From NCBI RefSeq assembly GCF_963921235.1, contig NC_086108.1, positions 94,428,001 to 94,492,000 of the forward strand: DNA of 64,000 nucleotides. Reading direction: 5' to 3'. A program made the translations under genes and the position numbers. The stretch is from Mobula hypostoma. Lineage: Eukaryota. The stretch's first letter is position 1. Each line of letters starts with the position of its first letter. Of the stretch, positions 25,421 to 37,700 are shown one piece after another. A model generated the notes under the pieces. That model was not told the DNA's origin and searched no databases. It saw nothing but the letters and a program-made list of their open reading frames with translations.

Positions 25421-25589
25421 TATATACAGAAAGGAACTGGAAAAAAGGTCATTAACTTGTAGTATCCTACCACCCTGATCATGGACTGTTTGTCCCACTC
25501 CCGTCAGGGAGGAGGCAATGTGGCATCCATGCTAGGACCACAGGACTCAAAAATAGTTACTTTCCCTAAGCAACACCTCCACCTGCTAA

Positions 25590-27045
25590 CAAGGATACCA
25601 AAAGTTTCTTCAGATACATAAAGTGTAAAAGATATCAGACCGCTGGAAAACAATACTAAAGAGGTAGTTATGGGGGACAAGGAAGTGGCAGACAAACTCA
25701 ATAAGTATCTTGCATCATTCTTCACTGTGGAAGACACCCGCAGTATGGTGGAAGTTCCAGGTGTCAGGGGTCATGAAGTGTGTGAAATTACCATTACTAG
25801 AGAGAAGGTTCTTGGGAAACTGAAAGGACTAGATTGTGTACACCCCAGAGTTCTGAAAGAGGTGGCTGAAGAGATTGTGGAGGCATTAGTAATGATCTTT
25901 CAAGAATCACTAGATTCTGGAATGGTTCCAGAAGACTGGAAAATTGCAAATGTCACTCCACTCATCGAGAAGGGAGGGATGCAGAAGAAAGGAAACTATA
26001 GGGCAGTTAGTCTGACCTCAGTGGTTATGAAGATGTTGGAGTCAATTATTAAGGATGTGATTTCAGGAAGGCACATGATAAAATAGGCCGTAGTTGGCAT
26101 GGATTCCTCAAGGGAAAATCTTGCCTGACAAATCTGTTGAAATTATTTGAACAAGCAGGATAGACAAAAGAGAATCGGTTGATGTTGAGTACTTGGATTT
26201 TCAGAACGTCTTTGACAAGGCTCCACACATGAGGTTGCTTCACAAGTTTCAACCCCATGGTATTACAGGAAAGATTCTAGCATGGATAAAGCAGTAGCTG
26301 ATTGGCAGGAGGCAAAGAGCGGGAATAAAGGGAGCCTTTCCTGACTGGCTGCAGATGACTAGTGGTGTTCCACGGGTGTCTGTGTTGGCAAAGAAATGGC
26401 AGATGGAATATAGTTTTGGGAAGTGTATAGTCATGCACTTTGGCAGAGAAAAAGAAAGGGTTGACTATTTTCTAAACAGAGAGTAGATTCAAAAATCTGC
26501 ATGCAGAGGTACTTGGGAGTCCTTGTGCAGGATTCCTTGAAGGTTAGTTTGCAGGTTGTGTCGGTGGAAGAGGAAGGCAAATGTGATGTTAGCATTCATT
26601 TCAAGAGGACTAGAATATAAAAGCAGGTATGTAATGCTGAGACTTTATAAAGAACTGGTGAGGTCTCACTTGGAGAATTGTGAGCAATATTTTATCTTTG
26701 AAAGGAAGTGTTGATACTGAGAGGGTTCAAAGGAGGTTCATGGAAATGGTTCCAGGATTGAATGGCTTGTCATATGAAGAGCATTTGATGGCTCTGGGCC
26801 TGTATTCACCAGAATTCAGAAGAATGAGGGGTGACCTCATTGAAATCTATCGAATGGTGAAAGGCCTGGATAGAGTGATTGTGGGGAGGATGTTTCCTAT
26901 GGTTTGAGAATCTAAAACCAGAGGACTCAGCTTCAGAATAGAGGGGCATCTTTTTAGAACGGAGATGAGGAGGAATTTCTTCAGATGGAGAGTGGTGAAT
27001 CCGTGGAATGTTTTGCCACAGGCAGCTTTGGAGGCCAAGTCTTTA
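25590..27045 (+). mobile_element. CR1-type LINE fragment (RT region with internal deletions)
   Basis: HPRVLKE..VPEDWKIANVTP..GNYRAVSLTSVV; RMRGDLIEIY. Confidence 0.9.
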
Positions 27046-28026
27046 TATGCCCACCTCACCACTGTCAGGGTCACCTTATGTACAGACACTCCTGTATCTA
27101 GCATCATTGTACAGACATACAATCAATGAATATAAGCTATCCTATGTATTTTGCATATTTTTTTTACGTATCTTGTGTTTTTTTATTATTGTGTTCTTTA
27201 GCTTACCGTGTTTTTTGTGCTGCATTGGAACAGAGTAACGATTACTTCATTCTCCTTTATACTGGAAGTGACATTAACCAATCTTGCTGCCCAGGAAAGT
27301 AGATGCTGGAGTCTGTGCTGGGTTGGAGACGAACACCTCCTGCTCATGCTGCCCTCTAGTGTTTGCTAGGTGGAAGACAAATTGGATTGCATTCATCTGT
27401 GGCTGGACTGCTGTGTGCTTGCTCCAAGGACAGCATCCCAAGCACTGTCAGTCCACAGGTCATGACACTCAGGGACTTGGGCTATATTTATATATATTTT
27501 TTGTGACTGTATGTTCTTCTGCTATCATAACTATATGTGTTATATGTCTGTGTGCAGTGTGTGACTGTTGGTACTGTGTTTTGCCCCATGGCGCCAAAGG
27601 AAGGCTGTTTCACTTGGCTGTATTCATGTGTATGGTTGCATGACAATTAAACATGAGCTGAACTTAATCTTGAGTCTTGAAAGGCTGTTCTAGTTGGGAT
27701 ATAATTATCAAGACATTTCTCCACAGAGTCGAGCAAAGAATTCATCTCAGATCTGCACCACTCTGCTTTGTTTTGAGATGAGCTAGTACAGGGCAGCACA
27801 CTGGTGCAGTAGGTTGTGCTGATGCCAGGTTCAATCCTGACCTTTAAAGCTGTCAATGTTTGTAAGTTCTTCCTTCATATAGGTTTCCCCAGGTTGTCCG
27901 GTTTCTTCACACATGCCAAGGATGTGCTAGTTGGTAGTCAAGTCAAACTGAGCTTATTGTCGTGCACAGGTAGGTGAGGTACAGATACAATGAGAAACTT
28001 GTTTGCAACAACATCACAGGCACGTG

Positions 28027-28706
28027 CAGTACTGTGCAAAAGTCTTAGGCAATGTAAGAAATTCTGTAAAGCCAAGAAGATTTCAAAGATAATGAACTGA
28101 AAAGTTTCTAAATAGCAAAAATTTTACTATAAAGAGCAGTGAAGTGTACCTGGGGAGGCACAGCAGCGTAGTGGTTAGCACACCACTTTAAAATTCCTGC
28201 CGCTGTCTGTAAGGAGTTTGTACGTTCTCCCCGTGATCGCCTGGGTTTCCTCTGGGTGCTCAGGTCTTCTCCCACATTCCACAGACGCACCAATTGGTGG
28301 GTTAATTGGTCATTATAAATCGTCCTGCAATTTGGCTAGGATTAAATTGGGCACAGCTCATGGACCAGGATGGCCTATTCCATGTTGTATCTCAATAAAT
28401 TTAAAAAGTAAAAAACTAAATCAAATCAATATTTAGTGTCACCACCCTTTGCCTTTTAAACTGCATCAAATCTCTTAGGTACGCTGTCACGTAGACTTAT
28501 AAGAAAATCGGCTGATAGGTTGTTCCAGGCATCTTGGAGAACTTGCCACAGTTCTTCTGCAGACTTTGGCTGTCTCGCTTTCTTCTGTCTCTCCAGATAA
28601 TCCCAGACAGCCTCAATGATGTTGAGATCAGGGCTCAATGGAGGCCAAACGATTTGAAAACATATTAAAAAAATTCTAGGGCGTCTACGAGTTTTGCGCA
28701 GTACTG
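28027..28706 (-). mobile_element. Non-autonomous Tc1-like element interrupted by a SINE; related remnant at ~61025-61250
   Basis: TIRs CAGTACTGTGCAAAAGTC / GAGTTTTGCGCAGTACTG. C-terminal transposase WPPLSPDLNIIEAVWDYL..ELWQVLQDAW. Confidence 0.85.
28152..28405 (+). mobile_element. V-domain (HE1-type) SINE; further copies at ~12250-12400, 27790-27938, 42135-42380 (+), 60320-60555, 63650-63885 (-)
   Basis: tRNA-like head (GCGTAGTGGTTAGCAC), V-domain GGAGTTTGTACGTTCTCCCCGTG..GGGTTTCCTCTGGGTGCTC..CCCACATTCCA and a CR1-like tail. Confidence 0.8.
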
Positions 28707-30429
28707 TCGGTATGGACAACACACAGAGTATAAATTATACAGACAATGAAGACATTATCCAATCAGGGACAAGGTTAATAGGCTACTATAATATAAGTGA
28801 GTGGTAGGGCATTCAGGGTGGGGTAATGGGGCAATTGAGAGAGAACAGACTTCAGGAAAGCCAGCAAACAAATGGATCCATGAGGTTTCTCTGAGATTCA
28901 GCATATAATCAATGACCAAATGGCTTCCTTCAACATTATAAGAAAATATCACAAATACTCTAACAGAAATCTTGTGTTGAAATAATTTTGTGTTGCCTCA
29001 TACAATTAGATTCATTGAGAATTACATTAAGAATAATATATATCTAAACAGTAAAAATTTCTCAATTTCTTTTCTTGTTCTGTGACTTAGAGGTCTGGAA
29101 GCAATATAAATTAAGTAGTACTTAATCTTGGCTGTTGAGCTTCTTTGTAGCTAGCTACATGTACAGTGTCAAAATACACAGTCTAGAAATCCTAAAGTGT
29201 TTGATTTAGAAGTCAGTGACAAGGTTGAATGTGATGGGAGTGAGGGAGGAGGTACTGTATAAGATATCAGCGCCATCTGGGGCATGCTGGCTGGTGGTGT
29301 AGGGGCATCCTTACCGGATTTCAAGCCAAGTGCATGTTTTCCATCCGAGCAGGGTTGGGCATCGAGCTAGCAACTCCGCTTCGTAAAAAAGAAACATACA
29401 AATGCACGAAATGGCAAGCTTGTTGCCCGATGCGCTGCGTCCCATCCAGGGCCCTAAATAGTTCTTCCAGCTTGGGCAGTCCTTCTCATGTGAACCCAAT
29501 GGTGCTCCTGCTGGCTAGCCGTTTCGATTCCACTTCACATTTCCACACTGACATATCCAAGCCTCCTCCAGGTCATGGGCAAATGAAAACGAGGGGAATA
29601 ACACCTCATGTTCCTGGAAGAAGTCACCTCAGTCTGCAGAAATCTCTTTTCTAACTCCTCCCACCTGCTGTATATCTGATCTTTCCACCCTCCCCTCCGC
29701 ATTTTTATGCTGATTATCTCCTTTCTTTCTTTCCAGTCTAGATGAAGAGTTTCAATCCAAAACATCGACTGTCCTTTTCCCTCCATAGATGCTGCCCAAC
29801 ATGCTGAGCTCCTCCGGCACCTCTTGTATTGTCTCAGGACGAGGTTGTGACAGGTGTAGGTAAACTGCAAATGATGGTATGGAATGTCTTTTTATACCTA
29901 CTAACTTTATGTAAGAAATCCATTCAGCATTCAAAATTTATTTCAAATGTAAGCACTGCATCAAAATGAGAAGTGGTCAGAAATGCTGCTGGCTGCCGCA
30001 CAGAGGAAGTGAGGAGATTTAGGTTCTCTATTGTTTTTTTTTCAAAACCCCATAAGAGGAAAATGGGAAGCACCAACAGCAACAACCCGAACTCGCGTAG
30101 TAACCCAAATGCACCTGAAATTTCAAGGGATTCAGTGTCAAATAAAATTTGGAATATTGGATCATGAAAATAAATCAAAAGCTCAGTGAAGGATCTGGGA
30201 TTTAAGAAGCATTTTAAAGGAAAGGAGAGAGTTGGAGAACTTTGGGGTGGAACTCGAGAATTTATTCCTTGGAGTGTAGGATAAAGAGGGGGGATTTGAT
30301 GTAGACATACCGAATTAAGAGGTATGCAGTTAGGGTACATGCAAGCAATTTATTTGCTTCTTTCTTATGGTACCTTTGGTCAAAATCACATCTTTATCCA
30401 AACGTATCCAAGTTTTCTAGAGAGACAAA

Positions 30430-30790
30430 CTGAAGTTATGAGGAGTATAGACAGGGTAAATGCAAGCAGGCTTTTCCCTGGGAAGTTGGTGAGACGAGAA
30501 CTAGAGCTCGTGGGTTAAGGGTGAAAGGTGAAGTGGTTAAAGGGAACATAAAGGGGAACTTCTTCACTCAGAGGGTGGTGAGTGTGTGGAATGGGCTGCC
30601 AGCAGAAGTGGTGGATGTGAGTTTGATTTCAACATTTAAGAGAAGTTTGGGTAAGTACGTGGATGGGAAGGGTATGGTGGGCTGTGGGCCAGGTGAGGTT
30701 AATGGGTCTAAGCAGAATAATAGTTCAGCACAGACTAGATGGGCCAAAGAGCCTGCTTCTATGCTGTTGTGCTCCATGACTCTATGGTCA
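30430..30790 (+). mobile_element. CR1-type LINE 3' tail; related tail at ~55030-55280
   Basis: GNFFTQRVVSVWNGLPAEVV..STFKRSL followed by the 3'UTR. Confidence 0.85.
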
Positions 30791-30870
30791 TCGCCACTGA
30801 AGGCTGATAGAACAATTAAAACTTAGAATAAGCAGGAGGCTGCAATCAGAGAGAAGTAGAGATCTTGATT

Positions 30871-31014
30871 ACAAAAAAGAGAAAATCTGCAGATGCTGGA
30901 AATCCAGGGCTGAGTCCTGCCAAAGGATCTCGGCCCGAAACGTCGACTGCACTTTTTTCCATCGATGCTGCCTGGCCTGCTGAGTTCCTCCAGAATTCTC
31001 TGTGTGTCACTTAC
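30871..31014 (+). mobile_element. Penelope-tail mini-element (short inverted tail + decayed hammerhead + tail)
   Basis: TSD AGATCTTGATT (30860-30870) / AGATCTTGGTT (31015-31025). Contains AGTCCTGCCAAAGGATCTCGGCCCGAAACGTCGACT. Confidence 0.75.
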
Positions 31015-31827
31015 AGATCTTGGTTGTTGAATTGCTTCGAGGAGAGGAAGAGCAATCAAGCTTTGAAACAAGAATGAGAATTTTAAAATCGAGACATTAA
31101 GGCTGATACAATAGGGACATTTAAAGGACTCATATATGGGCACATGGACGTAAGAAAACATCGAGGGTTATGGGCTGCATAGAGAGAGGCCAGAGTAATT
31201 ATGGAATATGTTTATATAGGTCAGCACAACATCATTGGCTGTGGGACCTGTATTGCTCTCTGTTCTGTGGTTAATAGGTCTTGCTGTGAATTAGGATCAG
31301 AGCAGCAGAATATTTTGTAGAATGGAGAATGGGTGACCGTCCAGAAAAGCATTAGAATAATCAATTCTGGAAGGTATAAATGTAAAGTGGAGCGTTTCAG
31401 CTGAGTTGGGGCAGCATCAGGCAATGTTGGGGAAAATGAAAATGTCTGCTCCTGACCATGAAGCAGTATGTGTGGCTTGAAGCTCATGCCGGTGTCAAAT
31501 AAGGAACCAAGGTGATGGACTGATTCAACTTCAAGCAATTGTCAGAAAGAGGGACTGAACTAGTAACTGGAGCACAAGTTAATAATAAATGGCACTTAAG
31601 AAAATCAGTATACATAAGCTATCACAATGACCTAATGAAATGGCACTAAAGGTAAAAAAGCTGTGAAAGTGCCACTAAATCCACCTTCCAAAGTGTAGCT
31701 AAATAAAACAAAACAGTTTCAAAAATCAACATTTTGGGAGGTAGAGAACACAGCCAACACAAATTAGATCAGCTGTCCTTTCCAAGCCTACTTTTCATTC
31801 TGACAGGCTGCATCACCATGGGGGTGG

Positions 31828-32750
31828 ACATAGAAACATAGAAACATAGAAAATAGGTGCAGGAGTAGGCCATTCGGCCCTTCGAGCCTGCACCGCCATT
31901 TATTATGATCATGGCTGATCATCCAACTCAGAACCCCGCCCCAGCCTTCCCTCCATACCCCCTGACCCCCGTAGCCACAAGGGCCATATCTAACTCCCTC
32001 TTAAATATAGCCAATGAACTGGCCTCAACAGTTTCCTGTGGCAGAGAATTCCACAGATTCACCACTCTCTGTGTGAAGAAGTTTTTCCTAATCTCGGTCC
32101 TAAAAGGCTTCCCCTCTATCCTCAAACTGTGACCCCTCGTTCTGGACTTCCCCAACATCGGGAACAATCTTCCTGCATCTAGCCTGTCCAATCCCTTTAG
32201 GATCTTGTACGTTTCAATCAGATCCCCCCTCAATCTTCTAAATTCCAACGAGTACAAGCCCAATTCATCCAGTCTTTCTTCATATGAAAGTCCCGCCATC
32301 CCAGGAATCAATCTGGTGAACCTTCTTTGTACTCCCTCTATGGCAAAGATGTCTTTCCTCAGATTAGGGGACCAAAACTGCACACAATACTCCAGGTGTG
32401 GTCTCACCAAGGCCTTGTACAACTGCAGTAGTACCTCCCTGCTCCTGTACTCGAATCCTCTCGCTATAAATGCCAGCATACCATAGCATACCATTCGCCT
32501 TTTTCAACGCCTGCTGTACCTGCATGCCCACTTTCAATGATTGGTGTATAATGACACCCAGGTCTCGTTGCACCTCCCCTTTTCCTAATCGGCCACCATT
32601 CAGATAATAATCTGTTTTCCTATTTTTGCCACCAAAGTGGATAACTTCACATTTATCCACATTAAATTGCATCTGCCATGAATTTGCCCACTCACCCAAC
32701 CTATCCAAGTCACCCTGCATCCTCTCAGCATCCTCCTCACTGCTAACACT
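31828..32750 (-). mobile_element. Young CR1-type LINE 3' fragment; same subfamily at 50365-50775
   Basis: ORFs 32364-32720 and 31928-32494 are split by a 10-bp tandem duplication (AGCATACCAT x2). (ATGTTTCT)n tail. Confidence 0.93.
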
Positions 32751-33067
32751 GCAGGATCATAAGAAGCTACAGAGAGTTGTAAAATCAGTCAGCTCCATCA
32801 TGGGCACCAGCTTCCGTAGTAGCCAAGGCATCTTCGAGGAGCGGTGTCTCAGAAAGGCAGCGTCCATCATTTAGGACCCCTATCACCCAGGACATGCCCT
32901 CTTCTCATTGGTACCATCAGGAAGGAGATACAAAAGCCTAAAGGCACACATTCAATGATTCAGGAACATTTTCCCCTCGGCCATCCAATTTCGAAATGGA
33001 CATTGAACCCATGAACACTACCTCAATTATTTGTTTTTGCACTATTTTTAATATAACTATTTATGTA

Positions 33068-33740
33068 TAGGCATCCATTAGTCTCATGAGACTATGGATT
33101 TGCAGGTTTCCAGGGCGCAGGCCTGGGCAAGGTTGCATGGAAGACCGGCAGTTGCCCATGCTGCAAGTCTCCCCTCTCCATGCCACCGATGTTGTCCAAG
33201 GGAAGGGCATTAGGGCTGGTACAGCTTGGCACCAGTGTTGCTGCAGAGCAATCAGAATCAGAATGGACACATACAGGGAATTTGATGCCGGTTTCCCTGA
33301 GCTCCCGCTGTACAGAATCAAAAGCAAACAAAACAATAGTGCAGATAATCATGAACTATATACAATGAGGTGTACCTGTGTATGTACAGGTGGACTTGGT
33401 TTATAATAGACTAAAAGTCACGTGTTCATAAGACTGATGGCATACGGAAAGAAACTGTTCTTGTACCTATTTGTCCTGGCATACAGTGATCTAAAGCGCC
33501 TACCAGAAGGAAGGAGTTGGAACAGGTGATGTCCAGGGTGTGATGGGTCTACAATGATGCTGCTTGCTCACCTCCTGACTCTAGATGCGTATAAGTCCTG
33601 GATCGAGGGCAGCTTCACACCAATATGTGTGGTTAAGTGCCTTGCTCAAGGACACAACACGCTGCCTCAGCTGAGGCTTGAACTAGCAGCCTTCAGATCA
33701 CTAGACCAATGCCTTAACCACTTGGCCACATGCCAACACT
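33068..33740 (-). mobile_element. Second CORE/RTE-tail SINE, split by a Rex1/Babar 3' fragment (~33251-33622)
   Basis: 33068-33250 and 33625-33740 align collinearly with 21842-22145. The insert starts with an (ATCAGA)n tail. Confidence 0.8.
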
Positions 33741-34662
33741 ATTTAATATACATATATATACTTACTGTAGTTGATTTTTTCCCCTATGTTTATCATGTAT
33801 TGCATTTTACAGCTGCTGCCAAGTTAACAAATTTCACAGCATATGCCGATGATATTAAACCTGATTCCGATTCTTTTGTATTTTACTACTTATGTTTTCT
33901 TGTTTTTCAATATCTTACCAATTGAGATTGTAACTTTAACATACGAGCTATGCTTTACAGCCATTTATATATGAACATTGAAGTATTTTTGGTGAGCAAT
34001 TGCACAGTTACTATAATTTTTCCTTACCACTGGTTCTTTATTGATTTGAATTTACATTGTATTTTGCTCTTGTCCTTACCCCTTTGTTTCAAGCTCTGCT
34101 CACGTATGTATGACTCACTTTTAATAAGAAAACATGATGTCCTCTTAGTGGAAAGTACAAAGATCAGAATCAGGTTTGGTATCATTGTTTTATGTGATGT
34201 GGAATTATCTCCAGTGTTTTCCACTGAACTGATGCATTTTGCTTTGAGTGAACTGCATGCCCAGGTGCCCAAATGCTTTGAAACGGCAAAGAGGAATTGC
34301 CTAATCCCTGATTCCAATATGTTTTAATTCATTCACATACAAATTGAATGCAGAATTGTTAAAAAGACATTTGCCACTCTGCAGAAAGCAACCAGTGATT
34401 CCATTTTGGTAGTGAGACGACAACAACAAAAAAATACCATAAAATCTCTGCAGGTTTGAAGAGAGAAACAGTGTTAACATTTTTGGGGCTAGTTAATTTG
34501 GATGTTTGATGATCTTTCTTCACTTCACTAGTCACAGACTTAAATTCAAGCTAAAAAAGAAAATACTATTGCACCAGTGTGTCGTTTTCCCTCTGGATAC
34601 TAATTGATGCCAAAGTTTGAGCTGTTTGGTTTATGTGATCTCAAAAAGAACTTTTCCAAGTT

Positions 34663-34760
34663 CGTCCTGATGAAGGGTCTCGGCCTGAAACGTCGACTGC
34701 ACCTCTTCCTACAGATGCTGCCTGGCCTGCTGCGTTCACCAGCAACTTTGATGTGTGTTG
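34663..34760 (+). mobile_element. 98-bp insertion consisting of hammerhead ribozyme plus Penelope 3' tail
   Basis: TSD CTTTTCCAAGTT (34651-34662) / CTTTTCCAAATT (34761-34772). Nearly identical to 57461-57557. Confidence 0.85.
34664..34697 (+). ncRNA. Minimal type I hammerhead ribozyme, core intact
   Basis: GTC-CTGATGA-AGG gtctcgg CCT-GAAA-C-GTC^GAC. Confidence 0.75.
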
Positions 34761-37700
34761 CTTTTCCAAATTTACTTTGTGTTATATTCCACTATTGCCA
34801 AAAGAGTGACCTTGAACCAAGATCTGAGAGATGAAATGAGAGATACCAGTAGTATTAATTATTATAGTGGTGGCTAACCTAGAATAAAATTGAACAGATT
34901 AATGGATGAAATAGGAGCCTTCTACAACCAGCCATACCATTTAATGAAAAATCACGGTTGCTCGCTTTGGAACCTCAACCCTACTTTTCACCTTGCTTAT
35001 CAAGAACCTATTCATCTCTTGCCTTAAAATATTCAGCCCTGCACCCAAGAAAGAAAGAAATTTACCTCATCTCTGTCCCAAGTGAGTGACCCTTTAAATA
35101 GAAAACCTTAATTCTGTGTTTTCACACAAGAGGTCAGGTCCATGCATCTTTGCGTTTATCTGGTCAAAACTCATTAGGATCTTTTATTTCTCATTTGACA
35201 GACACCACTCTCTCCGAAACTCCAGTGGATAGAAGCTGAGCTTGTTCACAATTTCCGCACAAGGCAATCCACCTATTCCAGATATCAATCTAGTAATCCT
35301 ACTCAGAACTCCTTCCAATATTTTTTCTCATAAGGAGAACAGCACTGTACACAATACATCACAAGTCATCTTACCAATGCCTTAGGTAACTGAAATATTA
35401 ATGAACTGTAACCTCCAGACATTTGTATTCAATTTCACTCACTCTTAAAAACATTCTATTAGCTTTTTTAATTACATGTGTTCAGATTCAGATTTATTTA
35501 TCACGTACAGTGAGATGCATTGTTTGCGTTAACAACCAACACCCACAAGGATGTGCTGAGGGTAGCCCGCAAACCCTTTCAAGCCCTTTGTAGCGATTCC
35601 TCAGAAATTTGCCAGGTCCCCGTCGACTCTTCCTAATTTTTGCACCACAGAAAGTGTTCTGTCTGGATTGAATTGAATTAACTTTATTTCTTGCATCCAT
35701 TGCATACATGAGGAGTAAAAATTTTTACGTCTCTGTCTGAATGTGCAAATTATAGTAATTTGTAATAAATAGTATGTACAGCAATATATACAACAGAACA
35801 GTCAACAAAGCTTAGAAATACAGTTGTGTCAGCATGAATTAATCAGTCTGATGGCCTGGTGGAAGAAGTTGTCCCAGAGCCTGTTGGTCCTGGCTTTTAT
35901 GCTGCGGTATCATTTCCTAGATGGTAGCAGCTGAAACAGTTTGTGGTTGGGGTGATTTGGGTCCCCAATGATCTTTTGGGCCCGTTTTATGCACTTGTCT
36001 CTGTAAATATCTGAATAGTGGGAAGTTCACATCTACAGATGAACTGGGCTATCTGCACCACTCTCTGCAGAGTCCTGTGATTGAGGGAAGTACAGTTCCC
36101 ATACCAGGCAGTGATGCAGCCAGTCAGGATGCTCTCAATTGTGCCCCTGTAGAAAGTCCTTAGGATTTGGGGACCCATACCAGACTTCTTCAACTGTTGG
36201 TGAAAGAGGCGCTGTTTTGCTTTTTTCACCGCAGTCAGTATGTACAGACCACGTGAGATCCTTGGTGATGTTTATGCTGGGGAACCTAAAGCTGTTCACC
36301 CTCTCAACCCCAGATCCATTGATGTCAATAGGAGTTAGCCTGTCTTCACTCTGGCTGTGGTCCACAACCAGCTCCTATGTTTTTGCGACAGAGGGTGAGA
36401 TTATTTTCTTGACACCACTTGTGTCAGGGTGATGACTTCATCTCTGAAGGCTGTCTCGTTCTTATTTGTGATTAGGCCATTCAGTGTAGTGTCGACAGCA
36501 AATTTAATTAGCAGGTTGGAGCTGTGGGTGGCGACACAGTCATGGGTATACAGGCAGTAAAAGAGGAGACTCAGTACACAGCCCTGAGGCACACCTGTAT
36601 GGAGAGTCATAGTCATAGTCATACTTTATTGATCCCGGGGGAAATTGGTTTTCGTTACAGTTGCACCATAAATAATAAATAGTAATAAAACCATAAATAG
36701 TTAAATAGTAATATGTAAATTATGCCAGGAAATAAGTCCAGGGCCAGCCTATTGGTTCAGGGTGTCTGACCCTCCAAGGGAGGAGTTGTAAAGTTTGATG
36801 GCCACAGGCAGGAATGACTTCCTATGATGCTCTGTGTTGCATCTCGGTGGAATGAGTCTCTGGCTGAATGTACTCCTGTGCCCACCCAGTATATTATGTA
36901 GTGGATGGGAGATATTGTCCAAGATGGCATGCAACTTGGACAGCATCCTCTTTTCAGACACCACTGTCAGAGAGTCCAGTTCCATCCCCACAACATCACT
37001 GGCCTTACGAATGAGATTGTTGATTCTGTTGGTGTCTGCTACCCTCAGCCTGCTGCCCCAGCACACAACAGCAAACATGATCGCACTGGCCACCACAGAC
37101 TCGTAGAACATCCTCAGCATCGTCCGGCAGATGTTAAAGGACCTCAGTCTCCTCAGGAAATAGAGACGGCTCTGACCCTTCTTGTAGACAGCCTCAGTGT
37201 TCTTTGACCAGTCCAGTTTATTGTCAATTTGTATCCCCAGGTATCTGTAATCCTCCACCATGTCCACACTGACCCCGCTGGATGGAAACAGGGGTCACCG
37301 GTACCTTAGCTCTCCTCAGGTCTACCACCAGCTCCTTAGTCTTTTTCACATTAAGCTGCAGATAATTCTGCTCACACCATGTGACAAAGTTTCCTACCGT
37401 AGCCCTGTACTCAGCCTCATCTCCCTTTGCTGATGCATCCAACTATGGCAGAGTCATCAGAAAACTTCTGAAGATGACAAGACTCCGTGCAGTAGTTGAA
37501 GTCCGAGATGTAAATGGTGAAGAGAAAGGGAGACAAGACAGTCCCCTGTGGAGCCCCAGTGCTGCTGATCACTCTTTCGGACGCACAGTGTTGCAAGCAC
37601 ACGTACTGTGGTCTGCCAGTCAGGTAATCAAGAATCCATGACACCAGGAAAGCATCCACCTGCATCGCTGTCAGCTTCTCCCTCAGCAGAGCAGGGCGGA

